Shown here piece after piece: positions 47,712-59,568 of a DNA stretch of 64,000 nucleotides. Location of the stretch: contig CALJIF010000041.1 in the NCBI GenBank assembly GCA_937974275.1, forward strand, positions 36,498 through 100,497, given 5' to 3'. A model generated the notes under the pieces. That model saw nothing but the letters and a program-made list of their open reading frames with translations, was not told the DNA's origin and made no database searches. The first letter of the stretch is position 1; each line of letters begins with the position of its first letter. The translations under genes and the position numbers were made by a program. The stretch comes from an uncultured Flavobacteriales bacterium. GTDB lineage: Bacteria > Bacteroidota > Bacteroidia > Palsa-965.

Positions 47712-49091
47712 GTGAATACTAACAAACTGGTTTTCGACAACATCCTGCAGACGATAGGTAAAACGCCTTTAGTGCGTATCAATAATATTACAAAAGGAAC
47801 TGTTAAGGCAAAAGTGTATGCCAAAATTGAAACCTTTAATCCGGGCAACTCCATTAAGGATCGCATGGCGTTGAAGATGATCGAGGATGCGGAAAAAGAT
47901 GGACGTCTTAAACCGGGAGGAACAATCATTGAAGGAACTTCCGGCAACACCGGAATGGGCTTGGCGATTGCTGCGATTATTAAAGGTTACAAGTGCATAT
48001 TTACAACAACTGACAAACAGTCGAAAGAAAAAGTAGATGCATTAAAGGCATTCGGCGCAGAGGTTATTGTTTGTCCAACGAACGTTGATCCCGAAGATCC
48101 GCGTTCCTATTATTCTGTTTCCTCACGATTAGAAAAAGAAGTTCCCAATTCCTGGAAACCGAATCAATATGACAACCTGAGCAATTCGCAAGCACACTAT
48201 GAACAAACCGGTCCTGAAATTTGGGAACAAACCGAAGGAAAGATTACACATCTTGTGGTGGGAGTTGGAACCGGCGGGACAATTTGCGGAACAGGTCGCT
48301 TTTTGAAAGAAAAAAATCCAAACATCAAGATTCTGGGTATCGACACATATGGTTCTGTGTTTAAAAAATACAAGGAAACCGGAATCTTTGATAAGAATGA
48401 AATTTACCCGTACATAACAGAAGGTATTGGAGAAGATTTCTTACCGCAAAACGTAGACTTCAACATTATTGACCATTTCGAAAAAGTAACGGATAAAGAT
48501 GCAGCAGTAATGACGCGTCGCATCACAAAAGAAGAAGGAATCTTTGCAGGAAACTCAGCAGGATCTGCAATGGCTGGTTTACTGCAAATGGCGAATCAGT
48601 TTAACGAAAACGATGTTGTAGTTGTTATTTTCCACGATCACGGCACCCGTTATCTGGGTAAAATGTTTAATGACGATTGGATGCGTGCGAAAGGTTATCT
48701 CGATCCGACCGGTCAGACTGCTAAAGATATTGTAGCTGCTGTGAAACACAACAAAGTCATGTCTGTGGAAGTAACCGAAACGATCGAAAGTACAGCACGA
48801 CTAATGCACGAGCGCGACTTCTCTCAGCTAACCATTACAAAAGACGGACGTATTGTAGGTTCAATTAATGAACAAAATATTTTCGAATGCCTGACTAAAC
48901 ATCCAAACAACAAAGGCAATTCCGTAGAAAGTATCATGAGTCCTGCGTTTCCTTTCGTGGATATTACAACACCTCTGGAAGCGTTAAGCAACATGATCAC
49001 TCCTGAAAACCCTGCTGTGTTAGTGCGTGATTTCAAAACCGACGAAATTTATATTATCACCAGACACGACATTATCAGCATGATGTGCTAA
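47712..49091 (+). CDS. Cystathionine beta-synthase (PLP-dependent CysK/CBS fold + tandem CBS domains)
   Basis: PLP-Lys region NPGNSIKDRMAL, GTSGNTGMGLA, GVGTGGTICG. The C-terminal ~120 aa form a CBS pair. Confidence 0.8.
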   Translation: MNTNKLVFDNILQTIGKTPLVRINNITKGTVKAKVYAKIETFNPGNSIKDRMALKMIEDAEKDGRLKPGGTIIEGTSGNTGMGLAIAAIIKGYKCIFTTTDKQSKEKVDALKAFGAEVIVCPTNVDPEDPRSYYSVSSRLEKEVPNSWKPNQYDNLSNSQAHYEQTGPEIWEQTEGKITHLVVGVGTGGTICGTGRFLKEKNPNIKILGIDTYGSVFKKYKETGIFDKNEIYPYITEGIGEDFLPQNVDFNIIDHFEKVTDKDAAVMTRRITKEEGIFAGNSAGSAMAGLLQMANQFNENDVVVVIFHDHGTRYLGKMFNDDWMRAKGYLDPTGQTAKDIVAAVKHNKVMSVEVTETIESTARLMHERDFSQLTITKDGRIVGSINEQNIFECLTKHPNNKGNSVESIMSPAFPFVDITTPLEALSNMITPENPAVLVRDFKTDEIYIITRHDIISMMC

Positions 49092-49096
49092 TTCGA

Positions 49097-49128
49097 AAAA
49101 CCGCCATACTTCGGCGGTTTTCTTTTTT
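49097..49128 (+). terminator. Rho-independent terminator after the CBS gene
   Basis: aaaaccgcc-atacttc-ggcggtttt followed by CTTTTTT. Confidence 0.7.
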
Positions 49129-49149
49129 AATCACATTGCATCTTGTATC

Positions 49150-51606
49150 TTGCTGTATTACATGATTACTCGATTACTAATACTATTATGTTTTTTTGCT
49201 GTCCGTGTTTCTGCTCAAACACCGGTAATCGATTCTTTGCAAAAAGAAATTACCAAAGAAAAGAATCAGGAAAAAAAAGCAAGTCTTTTGAATCAACTTG
49301 CATTTGAATACCGCGGTATTGATGCGATGCAAACGCGCAACTTAGCGCGAGAAGCATACTCCATCGGACAACAAGTAAAGAATCAAAAAATTCAAGCCGA
49401 TGCTTTGCATAAAGAAGGTTTGAGTTATTATTATGTCGATTCTTATGATACGGCTAAAGTCCTTTATAAGAAAAGTCTTCAACTGGCACAAAAACTCAGT
49501 GATTCATCATTAATAGCTCAAGCATATACAGGAATTGGAAACGTTTATCGCCTTCAAGGAATTAACGATACCGCATTGCATTATCTCACCTCTGCATTAC
49601 GTATCTACAAAGGTCTAAACGACAAAGCCAATGTTGCTCAATGCCAAAGTACGATTGGTGATGCTTACCTATTTTCATCTCAATATGACAAAGCGATGGA
49701 GTATCACCGCCAGTCATTTAAAACTGCACAAGAAACAGGTAACAGACGCTTACAGGCATTCAATCTTAGCAGCATGGGAAATAATTACCACATGCGCGGC
49801 GACTTTAAACAAGCAATAGCATATCATTCCAGGACGATTCAAATTGCAGATTCGATTGGCGAGTTGAACATTAAAGCGGGTAGCTTAGGTACCATGGCTG
49901 ATGCATACACGCAACTGTATAATTATCCGAAAGCAATTGAATGCTTCCTCGCAGCACTTGATATCGCCGAAGGAGCGAATGACAAGCACAACATGTCATT
50001 CATTTACAACGGCATGTCCGACTTGTATTTAAAACAACACGACACCATTCAGGCGATTAAATACATTGATGAAAGTATTCGACTTTCGCGTGAAATCGGA
50101 GATTACAATCGCACAGTTTACAACCTGATTTTTGAGTCGCAGATTCATTTTGCACAACAAGACACTGCAAAAGCAAATGTACTTGTAGCAGAGGCTTTGC
50201 AACTGGCCAAGCAATACAACTACCCAAACCATATTGCAGCAGCACAGCGTATGCAGGGACAAATTGCAATGTTCCAAAAAAAATACGACAAAGCTGAAGT
50301 ACTTATAAATACAGCGTTACAGTCATTCATTACATTACAAGACAATCAGGGAATAGCGGAGTGTTACAAACTCTTAACTGTAAGTGCAATTGAGCAAAAA
50401 AAATATAAAGATGCTATTCGACTGGGCGAGGAAGGAATGAAATATTCCCGTGAACTCAACTCTCCAACATTACAAATTGAATTCGCTTACCGTTTGTGGA
50501 AAGCCTATCAAGCAGATGGAAACCAAAACAAAGCATTGGAGTTTGCTCAATTATATATTGAACTGAAAGAGCAATACAGTTCGGAAGAAAATACGCGACG
50601 ACAAGCCGAATTGATGTTGCAATATTCGTTTGACAAGGAAAAAGAAAAAGAAAAGATTGCACAAGCGAAACGCGATGCCGAGCAAGAAGCGCGCTTCCGC
50701 CAACAACAATTCATTTTGTACGCCGGCGCCATTGCTATCCTATTATTGTTAGCACTTGCATTTTTTATCTACCGCGGATATCGCGCTAAGAAGACTGCCA
50801 ATGAAGTGATATCACGCCAGAAAAAACTTGTTGAAGATATTAATCAGGAAATCACAGATAGTATCAACTATGCTAAGAACATACAGTTGGCTATGCTTCC
50901 CGCAGAATCCAATATTAAACAACTTTTCCCGGAACACTTTATAGTGTTCAAACCACACGGTATAGTTAGTGGTGACTTCTATTGGGTTGGAGAATACGAA
51001 CAATTCAAGTATTTCGCGGTAGTAGATTGCACAGGTCATGGCGTTCCCGGCGGTTTTATGAGTATGTTGGGCATTACATTGCTTAACGAGATTCTATCCG
51101 AAAAGAAAATACATTCACCGGAAAAAATGCTGAACGAATTACGTGATATGGTAATTCAGTCTTTGAATAAAGAAGGCAGCGGAAGTTTGTCCCGAGATGG
51201 TATGGATATCAGCATTTGCAGATTGGACACCAACACGATGGAGTTGTCATATAGCGGCGCCAACAACAGCGTTTACGTTCTTCGAGGCCAAGAAATAATC
51301 GAGTTAATTCCGGACAAACAACCGATTGGCGTTCACGTCACCAAAAACCCGTTCACGTTAAAACAACTTTCATTGCAACGCGGAGATGTTGTCGTTAGTT
51401 TCTCTGATGGCTATGCCGATCAGTTTGGAGGTCCGAAAGGAAAAAAGTTGATGTACAAAAAATTCAAGGAAATTCTGCAGCGTGCAACAAGCGGTAATAT
51501 ACATAACGCCGCAGCGATAATCACCGAAGAATTTGAAAACTGGAAAAACTATTCCTCCAAACAAGATCAAGTTGATGACGTTTGTATTATGGGGGTGAAA
51601 ATTTAA
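49150..51606 (+). CDS. TPR-repeat sensor protein with one TM helix and a C-terminal PP2C/SpoIIE-type serine phosphatase domain
   Basis: Signal peptide, ~10 TPR units, coiled coil, TM (FILYAGAIAILLLLALAFFIY). Phosphatase motifs: GDFYWVGEY...VVDCTGHGVPGGFMS...DGYADQFGG...DDVCIMGV. Confidence 0.75.
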   Translation: MLYYMITRLLILLCFFAVRVSAQTPVIDSLQKEITKEKNQEKKASLLNQLAFEYRGIDAMQTRNLAREAYSIGQQVKNQKIQADALHKEGLSYYYVDSYDTAKVLYKKSLQLAQKLSDSSLIAQAYTGIGNVYRLQGINDTALHYLTSALRIYKGLNDKANVAQCQSTIGDAYLFSSQYDKAMEYHRQSFKTAQETGNRRLQAFNLSSMGNNYHMRGDFKQAIAYHSRTIQIADSIGELNIKAGSLGTMADAYTQLYNYPKAIECFLAALDIAEGANDKHNMSFIYNGMSDLYLKQHDTIQAIKYIDESIRLSREIGDYNRTVYNLIFESQIHFAQQDTAKANVLVAEALQLAKQYNYPNHIAAAQRMQGQIAMFQKKYDKAEVLINTALQSFITLQDNQGIAECYKLLTVSAIEQKKYKDAIRLGEEGMKYSRELNSPTLQIEFAYRLWKAYQADGNQNKALEFAQLYIELKEQYSSEENTRRQAELMLQYSFDKEKEKEKIAQAKRDAEQEARFRQQQFILYAGAIAILLLLALAFFIYRGYRAKKTANEVISRQKKLVEDINQEITDSINYAKNIQLAMLPAESNIKQLFPEHFIVFKPHGIVSGDFYWVGEYEQFKYFAVVDCTGHGVPGGFMSMLGITLLNEILSEKKIHSPEKMLNELRDMVIQSLNKEGSGSLSRDGMDISICRLDTNTMELSYSGANNSVYVLRGQEIIELIPDKQPIGVHVTKNPFTLKQLSLQRGDVVVSFSDGYADQFGGPKGKKLMYKKFKEILQRATSGNIHNAAAIITEEFENWKNYSSKQDQVDDVCIMGVKI

Positions 51607-51614
51607 TAGGCCAC

Positions 51615-52409
51615 ATGAATTTAGTGATAGATCAAACCGGCTTCAGCGTAGCAATTCCCTCTTTTCCCAATCGCATTATCTCCTTGGTCCCAAGTCAAAC
51701 AGAATTGCTTCATGATCTTGGACTAGAAGATCGCGTTGTCGGTATCACTAAATTTTGCATTCATCCTAATGAATGGTTTCAAAACAAGGCAAGAGTTGGA
51801 GGCACCAAAACAGTTAACATTGAAAAAGTACGACAACTTCAGCCGGACCTAATTATTGCGAACAAAGAAGAGAACACAAAAGAAGACATCGAATTACTTC
51901 GCAAAGAATTCAACGTCTGGACCAGCGATATTCTAACGCTTGAAGACGCATTAAAGATGATTGTAAGTGTCGGAGAAATTAGCGGAACTGCGGATCGAGC
52001 GTTAGAACTACAATTAACAATCGATAACTCATTCAAGAACTTGACACGAGGTCCGCAAGTCAATGTGTTATATTTAATTTGGAGCAACCCCTGGATGTGT
52101 GCCGGCACGTCAACTTTTATTCACGATTTAATTTCGAAATGCGGCTGGAATAATCTGGGTACTGAATTTGATGGACGCTATCCGCAATTAACTGATGCAC
52201 AGATTGCACAAAGTGATCCCGATATTATTTTATTATCATCCGAACCTTTTCCGTTCAAGGAACAACATATCCATCAATTAAAAATGATCAGCCCCGGAAG
52301 TCGAATAATTGAAGTAGATGGAGAACTTTTTTCTTGGTACGGATCTCGGTTGCTGCAAACCGTGCGTTATCTTAATGAGTTGAATGCCGCGTGGGTAAAA
52401 GAGTGGTAA
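51615..52409 (+). CDS. Periplasmic-binding-protein-like 'helical backbone' protein (BtuF/cobalamin-binding-like), apparently without a signal peptide
   Basis: RIISLVPSQTELLHDLGLEDRVVGITKF...QPDLIIAN is typical of class III substrate-binding proteins. No N-terminal hydrophobic leader after MNLVIDQ. Confidence 0.5.
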   Translation: MNLVIDQTGFSVAIPSFPNRIISLVPSQTELLHDLGLEDRVVGITKFCIHPNEWFQNKARVGGTKTVNIEKVRQLQPDLIIANKEENTKEDIELLRKEFNVWTSDILTLEDALKMIVSVGEISGTADRALELQLTIDNSFKNLTRGPQVNVLYLIWSNPWMCAGTSTFIHDLISKCGWNNLGTEFDGRYPQLTDAQIAQSDPDIILLSSEPFPFKEQHIHQLKMISPGSRIIEVDGELFSWYGSRLLQTVRYLNELNAAWVKEW

Positions 52410-52436
52410 TTCGTACCTTTGATAAAACCATGAGCC

Positions 52437-54767
52437 ATGCGGGCTGCTAATATTATTAACGTACTCATATTGTTGTTGGTTGGCACATACGCATATGCGC
52501 AGCCTCAGCCTCCTGTGGTATATGGTAAGCAAGACAAAGTTGGAGTAGTCTTAAGTGGTGGCGGAGCATCCGGAATGGCACACATCGGCGTTCTGAAAGC
52601 TTTAGAAGAAAATCAAATTCCTATTGACTATATCTGCGGAACTTCCAGCGGTGCGCTTATCGGAGCCATGTACGCAATGGGGTACAGCCCCTGGGAAATT
52701 GAACAACTCGTAAAAACAGAAGATTTTAAAAGTTGGGCTACCGGAGTTATTCAACCACAGTATGTATACTATTTCAAAAAGAAAGAAGACAATGCTTCAT
52801 GGTTGTCTTTTAAAATGTCACTAGACACTTCATTGATTACGAGTTTACCTACCAACTTAATTTCACCGATTCCCATGGATTTTGCGTTGATGGAACGAAC
52901 TGCTGCAGCGAGCGCCGCTGCTAATTATAAGTTCGATAGCTTGTTTATTCCGTTTCGTTGCGTGGCGTCTGATGTAGCAAATAAAGAATCAGTGGTCTTC
53001 CGTAACGGTGATTTAGGCCAAGCTGTTCGCGCTTCAATGTCATACCCGTTTTATTTAAAACCGATTACCGTAAACGGAAGACTACTATTTGATGGTGGTT
53101 TGTACAACAACTTTCCGTCGAATATCATGTACACTGATTTCTTTCCGGATTTTATCATTGGTAGTAATGTTGCCACAGCATTTGCAAATCCTGAAGAAGA
53201 TAACCTCATTTCACAAATACGGGCTATGCTCACCAGTAAAACCGATTTCACACCACAATGCGAAAACGGAATCATCATTGAACCGAATGCGGATTGGGTG
53301 GGGTTATTTGATTTTGAAAATGCACAAGCTGTAATTGACAGTGGCTACGCCGCAACGATAAGACAAATCGAGGAAATTAAACTGCATGTTACTCGTCGTG
53401 TTGCTCCGGATGAATTAAAAACACGCAGAGAAAATTTCAAGAAAAAATTACCGCCACTCGTCTTTGGCAATCTCATAATTGAAGGAGATAAGCTTACTCG
53501 TGCACAAGTAAACTATACTTCATCTATACTTCGTAAGAAGAAAAAAAGTATTCCGTTAATAGAATTAAAACCGCAGTACTTTCGTTTGGCTGCGGATGAT
53601 AAACTCAAATCAATTTATCCTTTGGCTCGCTACAACAAATCAACCGGATTATATGATTTGACCTTGAATATCAAAAAAGAGCGTCCTTTCACCACACAAT
53701 TCGGAGGCAACTTTTCTAATCGTCCCATAAATATGGGATTCATTGCCATGCAATACGATCTGCTTAGCAATCCTTCCTTATCTGTTATGGGTAATGCGTA
53801 TCTCGGAAAGCTGTATAGTTCGGTGCAGCTAAAAACGCGAATCGATTTCTCTACACAACTTCCGTTTTACATAGAACCGTCATTCACATGGAATCGATTT
53901 GATTATTTCCGGAGTAGTCCGGCATTCTTTGAAGATACTAAACCTGCTTACCTCATCATGTGGGATCGTTGCGGTGAACTAAGTTTGGGATTGCCGATCA
54001 ACAACAAAACAAAACTCTCAATAGCAACTTCGTACGCGTTTATACGCGACCTGTATTATCAGGTTGATGCTTTTCAATCTGCCGATACCGCAGACCGTAC
54101 AGATTTCACGACGTTTAGCTCGCATTTATTATATGAACGAAGCACACTCAACCGCAAACAATATGCATCACAAGGAACATACTTCGCATTTAAAGCACGA
54201 TTTGTTCAAGGTGAAGAATACTATCAACCGGGGTCAACAGCTATAATACAAGACCGCTTTCGTGCTGTACACAACTGGGTAGTGTTACGTCTTGTTTATG
54301 ATACTTACTTTAAAGAACGAGGAAGCTGGCGACTTGGTTTTTATGGAGAAGCCGTTTATTCCTCGCAACCATTTTTCAGCAACTACTTCGCTACTATGCT
54401 TAGTGCTCCTGCATTTATGCCGACTCCCGAAAGTAAAACCTATTTTATTCCGGAGTTTCGAGCACATCAATTCGCAGGCGCAGGATTGAAAAATGTCTTT
54501 GTATTAAATAAGAGTATTGATGTCCGGCTGGAAGGATTTGTAATGCTTCCCTATCAAGCAATTCAGAAAGAATTTGACAATACTGCTGGATATAGCGCGC
54601 CACTTTCTATTTCTGATTTGGAATTTATTGCAATGTCTGCGTTAGTTTGGCACTCACCGCTGGGTCCGGTTAGTTTATCCGCAAACTATTACTCATCACG
54701 CACAGATCAGGTGAGTGTGCTGTTTCATTTCGGTTACATCATTTTCAATCGCAAAGCATTGGATTAA
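52437..54767 (+). CDS. Patatin-like phospholipase fused to an Omp85-type beta-barrel (type Vd autotransporter-like, PlpD/FplA architecture)
   Basis: Signal peptide. GGGASGMAHIGV oxyanion motif and GTSSGA nucleophile. DGG catalytic Asp region (LFDGGLYNN). The C-terminal ~400 aa are beta-strand-rich. Confidence 0.75.
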   Translation: MRAANIINVLILLLVGTYAYAQPQPPVVYGKQDKVGVVLSGGGASGMAHIGVLKALEENQIPIDYICGTSSGALIGAMYAMGYSPWEIEQLVKTEDFKSWATGVIQPQYVYYFKKKEDNASWLSFKMSLDTSLITSLPTNLISPIPMDFALMERTAAASAAANYKFDSLFIPFRCVASDVANKESVVFRNGDLGQAVRASMSYPFYLKPITVNGRLLFDGGLYNNFPSNIMYTDFFPDFIIGSNVATAFANPEEDNLISQIRAMLTSKTDFTPQCENGIIIEPNADWVGLFDFENAQAVIDSGYAATIRQIEEIKLHVTRRVAPDELKTRRENFKKKLPPLVFGNLIIEGDKLTRAQVNYTSSILRKKKKSIPLIELKPQYFRLAADDKLKSIYPLARYNKSTGLYDLTLNIKKERPFTTQFGGNFSNRPINMGFIAMQYDLLSNPSLSVMGNAYLGKLYSSVQLKTRIDFSTQLPFYIEPSFTWNRFDYFRSSPAFFEDTKPAYLIMWDRCGELSLGLPINNKTKLSIATSYAFIRDLYYQVDAFQSADTADRTDFTTFSSHLLYERSTLNRKQYASQGTYFAFKARFVQGEEYYQPGSTAIIQDRFRAVHNWVVLRLVYDTYFKERGSWRLGFYGEAVYSSQPFFSNYFATMLSAPAFMPTPESKTYFIPEFRAHQFAGAGLKNVFVLNKSIDVRLEGFVMLPYQAIQKEFDNTAGYSAPLSISDLEFIAMSALVWHSPLGPVSLSANYYSSRTDQVSVLFHFGYIIFNRKALD

Positions 54768-54825
54768 AAAAAAGGCCCTCATCATTGATGAAAGCCTTTT
54801 CAGTAATAAATGAATGTACTATCGA

Positions 54826-55137
54826 TTAAGCCATTCCTTTAGTTCCGCCGAAATTCAACGGGAATGCATTTGGCATTTCACTTTCTGCAATTGCACCATT
54901 CGTTTGTTCAAAGCGCGTAATATTATCCTTTAGTGCACGCATCAATCGTTTTGCGTGTTGAGGAGTTAATACGATTCGCGATTTCACTTTGGCCTTGGGC
55001 ACTCCCGGCATGATTTGAATAAAATCCAATACAAACTCGGAATTAGAGTGTGTGATGATCGCCAAATTGGAATAAATACCTTCTGCGACCTCTTCCGTAA
55101 GCTCAATATTCAGTTGCTGTTCTTCTTGCATAACCAT
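54826..55137 (-). CDS. DUF3467-like small protein encoded immediately downstream of rpoC
   Basis: MQEEQQLNIELTEEVAEGIYSNLAIITHSNSEFVLDFIQIMPG.... Start chosen at MVMQ/MQEE (track ORF 54826-55203). Confidence 0.55.
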   Translation of the reverse strand: MVMQEEQQLNIELTEEVAEGIYSNLAIITHSNSEFVLDFIQIMPGVPKAKVKSRIVLTPQHAKRLMRALKDNITRFEQTNGAIAESEMPNAFPLNFGGTKGMA

Positions 55138-55235
55138 TATGTTTTTATCAAAGTTAATGAAACTCGTACACTCCGTTTTATAAAAGTAAAAGAGGCGATT
55201 CAAATGAATCGCCTCTTATGTCATCAACTGCTTAA

Positions 55236-58200
55236 TTAAACTTCTTCTTCCAAAGTTTCTTTCTTCGCAGCCATGAGTTTTTCGTACTCTTCTTTCGAAC
55301 CTACAACGAGTTTCTCGTAAGTGCGTAAGCCTGTACCTGCAGGAATCAAGTGACCAACGATCACATTCTCCTTCAGTCCAACAAGCGTATCTTGCTTGCC
55401 ATGTACCGCTGCCTCGTTCAACACTTTTGTAGTTTCCTGGAACGACGCTGCAGATACCCAACTGTTGGTTTGCAACGACGCACGAGTAATACCTTGCAAA
55501 ATCTGTTGTGAAGTTGCAGGAACTGCGTCGCGCGCTTCAACAGGCTTCAAATCTTTACGCTTAAGCATAGAGTTTTCATCACGAAGCTTACGTGCTGAAA
55601 TAATCTGACCTGCTTTAAAGTTTTGTGAATCACCCGGATCAACAACAACTTTCTTAGCAAACAAGCGATCGTTCTCTTCCATGAAATCAGCCTTATTAGC
55701 CAATTGCGTTTCCAACAACATGGTATCGCCCGGATCAGAAATCTCAACTTTACGCATCATTTGACGTACGATAACCTCAAAATGCTTGTCGTTGATTTTT
55801 ACACCCTGCAAACGATAAACTTCTTGAATTTCGTTTACCAGATATTCCTGAACTGCAGTTGGTCCTTTAATCGCCAGAATATCACCCGGACTAATCACTC
55901 CGTCCGATAATGCTTCACCTGCGCGGATAAAGTCATTCTCCTGAACCAAAATATGCTTCGACAACGGAATAAGATAAGTCTTACGTTCGCCGGTGCGCGA
56001 TTCAACAGAAACCTCACGATTACCACGCTTGATCTTACCAAAAGAAACAACTCCGTCAATCTCAGAAACAACAGCCGGGTTGCTTGGGTTACGAGCTTCA
56101 AATAACTCTGTAACTCGTGGAAGACCACCGGTGATATCTCCTTGCTTACCTACAGCACGTGGAATTTTAACGAGGATATGACCTGCATCAATTTTCGCTC
56201 CGTCTTCAATCACAATATGAGCAGAAACCGGAATGTTGTAGTTTTTCAAGATATCGCCGCCGTTAACAATACGGATAGACGGGTTCTTAGTTTTATCTTT
56301 TGATTCGATGATTACCTTCTCACGGAATCCGGTTTGTTCGTCAGCCTCTTCGCGGAACGTAATACCTTCTTCGATGTTATCAAACTCAACCTTGCCGGCA
56401 AATTCAGAAACGATAACTGCGTTATACGGATCCCATTCGCAAATCGTAACACCTTTCTTCACGTTATCACCATGCTTAACATACAAGATAGATCCGTAAG
56501 GAACGTTACCCGTAGTTAATACAATTCCGGTGTTAGGATCGATGATACGCATTTCAGCTGAACGACCGATAACCACATCAACTGCACCTTCTTCTGTCTT
56601 ACGCTTTACTGTACGCAATTCATCCATCTCAATGATACCGTCGTGTTTCGCTTCCAACTTAGATGAAGCCGCAGAACCTCCTGCAACACCACCCACGTGG
56701 AACGTACGTAACGTCAACTGAGTACCCGGCTCACCGATAGACTGCGCGGCAATTACACCTACAGCCTCACCCATTTGAACCATGCGTGCAGATGCAAGAT
56801 TACGTCCGTAACACTTAGCACATACACCTTGCTTCGATTCACAAGTTAATACAGAACGAATTTCAACAGCCTCAATAGCGCTTTGATCAATTCGCGTTGC
56901 ATACTCCTCGGTGATTTCCATACCTGCACTGATAATCAAATTACCCGTGCGTGGCTCATATACATCATGGACTGCAGTACGACCCAAAATACGATCATAC
57001 AACGATTCAACGATTTCTTCATTCTTCTTTAATGCAGTCGCAACAAGTCCGCGCAACGTACCGCAATCATCTTCAGTAATTACGACATCCTGTGCCACGT
57101 CAACCAAACGACGAGTCAGATATCCTGCATCCGCCGTTTTCAACGCCGTATCCGCAAGACCTTTACGTGCACCGTGTGTGGAGATGAAATACTCCAAGAT
57201 GGAAAGGCCTTCTTTAAAGTTAGAGATAACGGGGTTTTCGATAATCTCGCCGCCGCCGGCTCCGCCTTTAGATGGCTTAGCCATCAAACCACGCATACCA
57301 CCCAACTGCTTAATCTGTTCTTTAGATCCACGAGCACCGGAATCCAACATCATGTACACAGGGTTGAAGCCCTGACGATCAGATGATAACTGATCCAATA
57401 CTTTTTTAGTGATACGGTTGTTAGTGTGCGTCCAGATATCAATGATCTGATTATAACGTTCGTTGTTGGTGATGAAGCCCATGTTATAGTTCGTACGAAC
57501 TTCTTCAACCTGAGCATTAGCATCATCAATCATCTTCACCTTATCTTCAGGAACGATGATATCACCTAAGTTAAACGACAAGCCGCCCTTGAATGCCATG
57601 CGGAAACCTAATTCCTTGATGTCATCCAAGAACTTCGCAGTGCGAGCCATTCCGGTTTCTTTCAATACATAACCGATAATATCACGCAACGACTTCTTCG
57701 TCAATAACTCATTGATATAACCTGCTTCAAAAGGAACTACCTGATTGAACATGATACGACCAACAGTAGTTTCAATAATGCCCGGCTTTAACTCGCCGTC
57801 CACCTTCATATTGTTGATACGAACTTTCACCCAAGCATGCAAATCAACGCGCTTTTCGTTGTATGCAATAATTGCTTCTTCTGCGCTATAGAACGTCAGA
57901 CCCTGACCTTTAACCGTAACACGGTCGTCAGTCTTCATGCCTTTGGTAATATAGTACAGACCCAACACCATGTCCTGAGAAGGAACCGCGATTGGCGCTC
58001 CGTTTGCAGGGTTCAAAATGTTATGAGCAGCAAGCATCAATACCTGAGCTTCCAATACCGCAGCATTTCCTAGTGGAACGTGCACAGCCATCTGGTCACC
58101 GTCGAAGTCAGCGTTGAATGCAGTACACACTAATGGGTGCAACTGAATCGCTTTTCCTTCGATCAATTTTGGCTGGAACGATTGGATACCCAAACGGTGA

Positions 58201-59528
58201 AGTGTTGGTGCACGGTTCAATAATACAGGATGTCCTTTCAATACGTTTTCAAGAATATCCCAAACAACAGCGTCTTTGCGATCTACGATCTTCTTCGCTG
58301 ATTTAACCGTCTTTACAATACCTCTTTCGATCAGTTTACGAATAATAAACGGCTTGAATAACTCAGCAGCCATTTCCTTCGGCAAACCACATTCGTGCAA
58401 TTTCAATTCAGGACCTACAACAATTACCGAACGCGCAGAATAGTCTACACGCTTACCAAGTAAGTTCTGACGGAAACGACCTTGCTTACCTTTCAATGAA
58501 TCAGAAAGTGATTTCAAAGCACGGTTAGACTCCGTTTTCACAGCATTTGCCTTACGTGAATTATCGAACAACGAATCTACCGCTTCCTGAAGCATACGCT
58601 TCTCGTTACGCAAGATTACATCCGGAGCTTTGATTTCAATCAAACGCTTCAAACGGTTGTTACGAATAATTACACGACGATACAAATCGTTCAAGTCGGA
58701 TGTTGCGAAACGTCCACCATCCAGCGGAACTAACGGACGCAATTCCGGTGGAATTACCGGCACAACTTTGATAATCATCCACTCAGGACGATTTTCAACG
58801 ATCTTGTTCGCATGACGGAAAGCCTCAACAACTTGCAAACGCTTCAATGCTTCGTTCTTACGCTGCTGAGAAGTCTCTGTGTTGGCCTTGTGACGTAATT
58901 CGTACGACAATTCGTCCAACTTCAAGTTACGCAACAAATCGTAAAGTGCTTCTGCACCCATTTTTGCGATGAACTTGTTTGGATCGGCATCATCCAGATA
59001 CTGATTATCTTTTGGAAGAGTTTCCAAAATCTCAAGGTACTGCTCTTCAGTAAGGAAATCCATGTACTGAATTCCGTCTTCTGATTTTACACCGGCATTA
59101 ATAACTACATAACGCTCGTAGTAAATGATCATATCCAACTTCTTTGTTGGAAGACCAAGCAAATAACCAATTTTATTTGGCAATGAACGGAAATACCAAA
59201 TGTGCGCAACAGGTACAGTCAAGTTGATATGACCCATACGCTCGCGACGCACTTTCTTTTCCGTTACTTCAACACCGCAACGATCGCACACGATCCCCTT
59301 ATAACGGATACGCTTGTATTTTCCGCAATGACATTCCCAATCCTTCACAGGACCGAAAATGCGCTCACAGAATAATCCGTCGCGTTCCGGCTTATAGGTA
59401 CGATAGTTTATCGTCTCCGGCTTTAGAACTTCTCCACTTGAACGCTCCAGAATAGACTCCGGAGAGGCCAAACTGATCGTAATTGTAGAGAAGTTACTCT
59501 TTATTTTTGGTTCTTTTCTGAAAGACAT
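55236..59528 (-). CDS. rpoC: DNA-directed RNA polymerase subunit beta'
   Basis: 1430 aa. [14 protein letters not shown] catalytic motif. Zn-finger [20 protein letters not shown]. Confidence 0.97.
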   Translation of the reverse strand: MSFRKEPKIKSNFSTITISLASPESILERSSGEVLKPETINYRTYKPERDGLFCERIFGPVKDWECHCGKYKRIRYKGIVCDRCGVEVTEKKVRRERMGHINLTVPVAHIWYFRSLPNKIGYLLGLPTKKLDMIIYYERYVVINAGVKSEDGIQYMDFLTEEQYLEILETLPKDNQYLDDADPNKFIAKMGAEALYDLLRNLKLDELSYELRHKANTETSQQRKNEALKRLQVVEAFRHANKIVENRPEWMIIKVVPVIPPELRPLVPLDGGRFATSDLNDLYRRVIIRNNRLKRLIEIKAPDVILRNEKRMLQEAVDSLFDNSRKANAVKTESNRALKSLSDSLKGKQGRFRQNLLGKRVDYSARSVIVVGPELKLHECGLPKEMAAELFKPFIIRKLIERGIVKTVKSAKKIVDRKDAVVWDILENVLKGHPVLLNRAPTLHRLGIQSFQPKLIEGKAIQLHPLVCTAFNADFDGDQMAVHVPLGNAAVLEAQVLMLAAHNILNPANGAPIAVPSQDMVLGLYYITKGMKTDDRVTVKGQGLTFYSAEEAIIAYNEKRVDLHAWVKVRINNMKVDGELKPGIIETTVGRIMFNQVVPFEAGYINELLTKKSLRDIIGYVLKETGMARTAKFLDDIKELGFRMAFKGGLSFNLGDIIVPEDKVKMIDDANAQVEEVRTNYNMGFITNNERYNQIIDIWTHTNNRITKKVLDQLSSDRQGFNPVYMMLDSGARGSKEQIKQLGGMRGLMAKPSKGGAGGGEIIENPVISNFKEGLSILEYFISTHGARKGLADTALKTADAGYLTRRLVDVAQDVVITEDDCGTLRGLVATALKKNEEIVESLYDRILGRTAVHDVYEPRTGNLIISAGMEITEEYATRIDQSAIEAVEIRSVLTCESKQGVCAKCYGRNLASARMVQMGEAVGVIAAQSIGEPGTQLTLRTFHVGGVAGGSAASSKLEAKHDGIIEMDELRTVKRKTEEGAVDVVIGRSAEMRIIDPNTGIVLTTGNVPYGSILYVKHGDNVKKGVTICEWDPYNAVIVSEFAGKVEFDNIEEGITFREEADEQTGFREKVIIESKDKTKNPSIRIVNGGDILKNYNIPVSAHIVIEDGAKIDAGHILVKIPRAVGKQGDITGGLPRVTELFEARNPSNPAVVSEIDGVVSFGKIKRGNREVSVESRTGERKTYLIPLSKHILVQENDFIRAGEALSDGVISPGDILAIKGPTAVQEYLVNEIQEVYRLQGVKINDKHFEVIVRQMMRKVEISDPGDTMLLETQLANKADFMEENDRLFAKKVVVDPGDSQNFKAGQIISARKLRDENSMLKRKDLKPVEARDAVPATSQQILQGITRASLQTNSWVSAASFQETTKVLNEAAVHGKQDTLVGLKENVIVGHLIPAGTGLRTYEKLVVGSKEEYEKLMAAKKETLEEEV

Positions 59529-59568
59529 AATTCAGATTTTTTCGTTCGTCAAATTACTTGTTCCTTAC

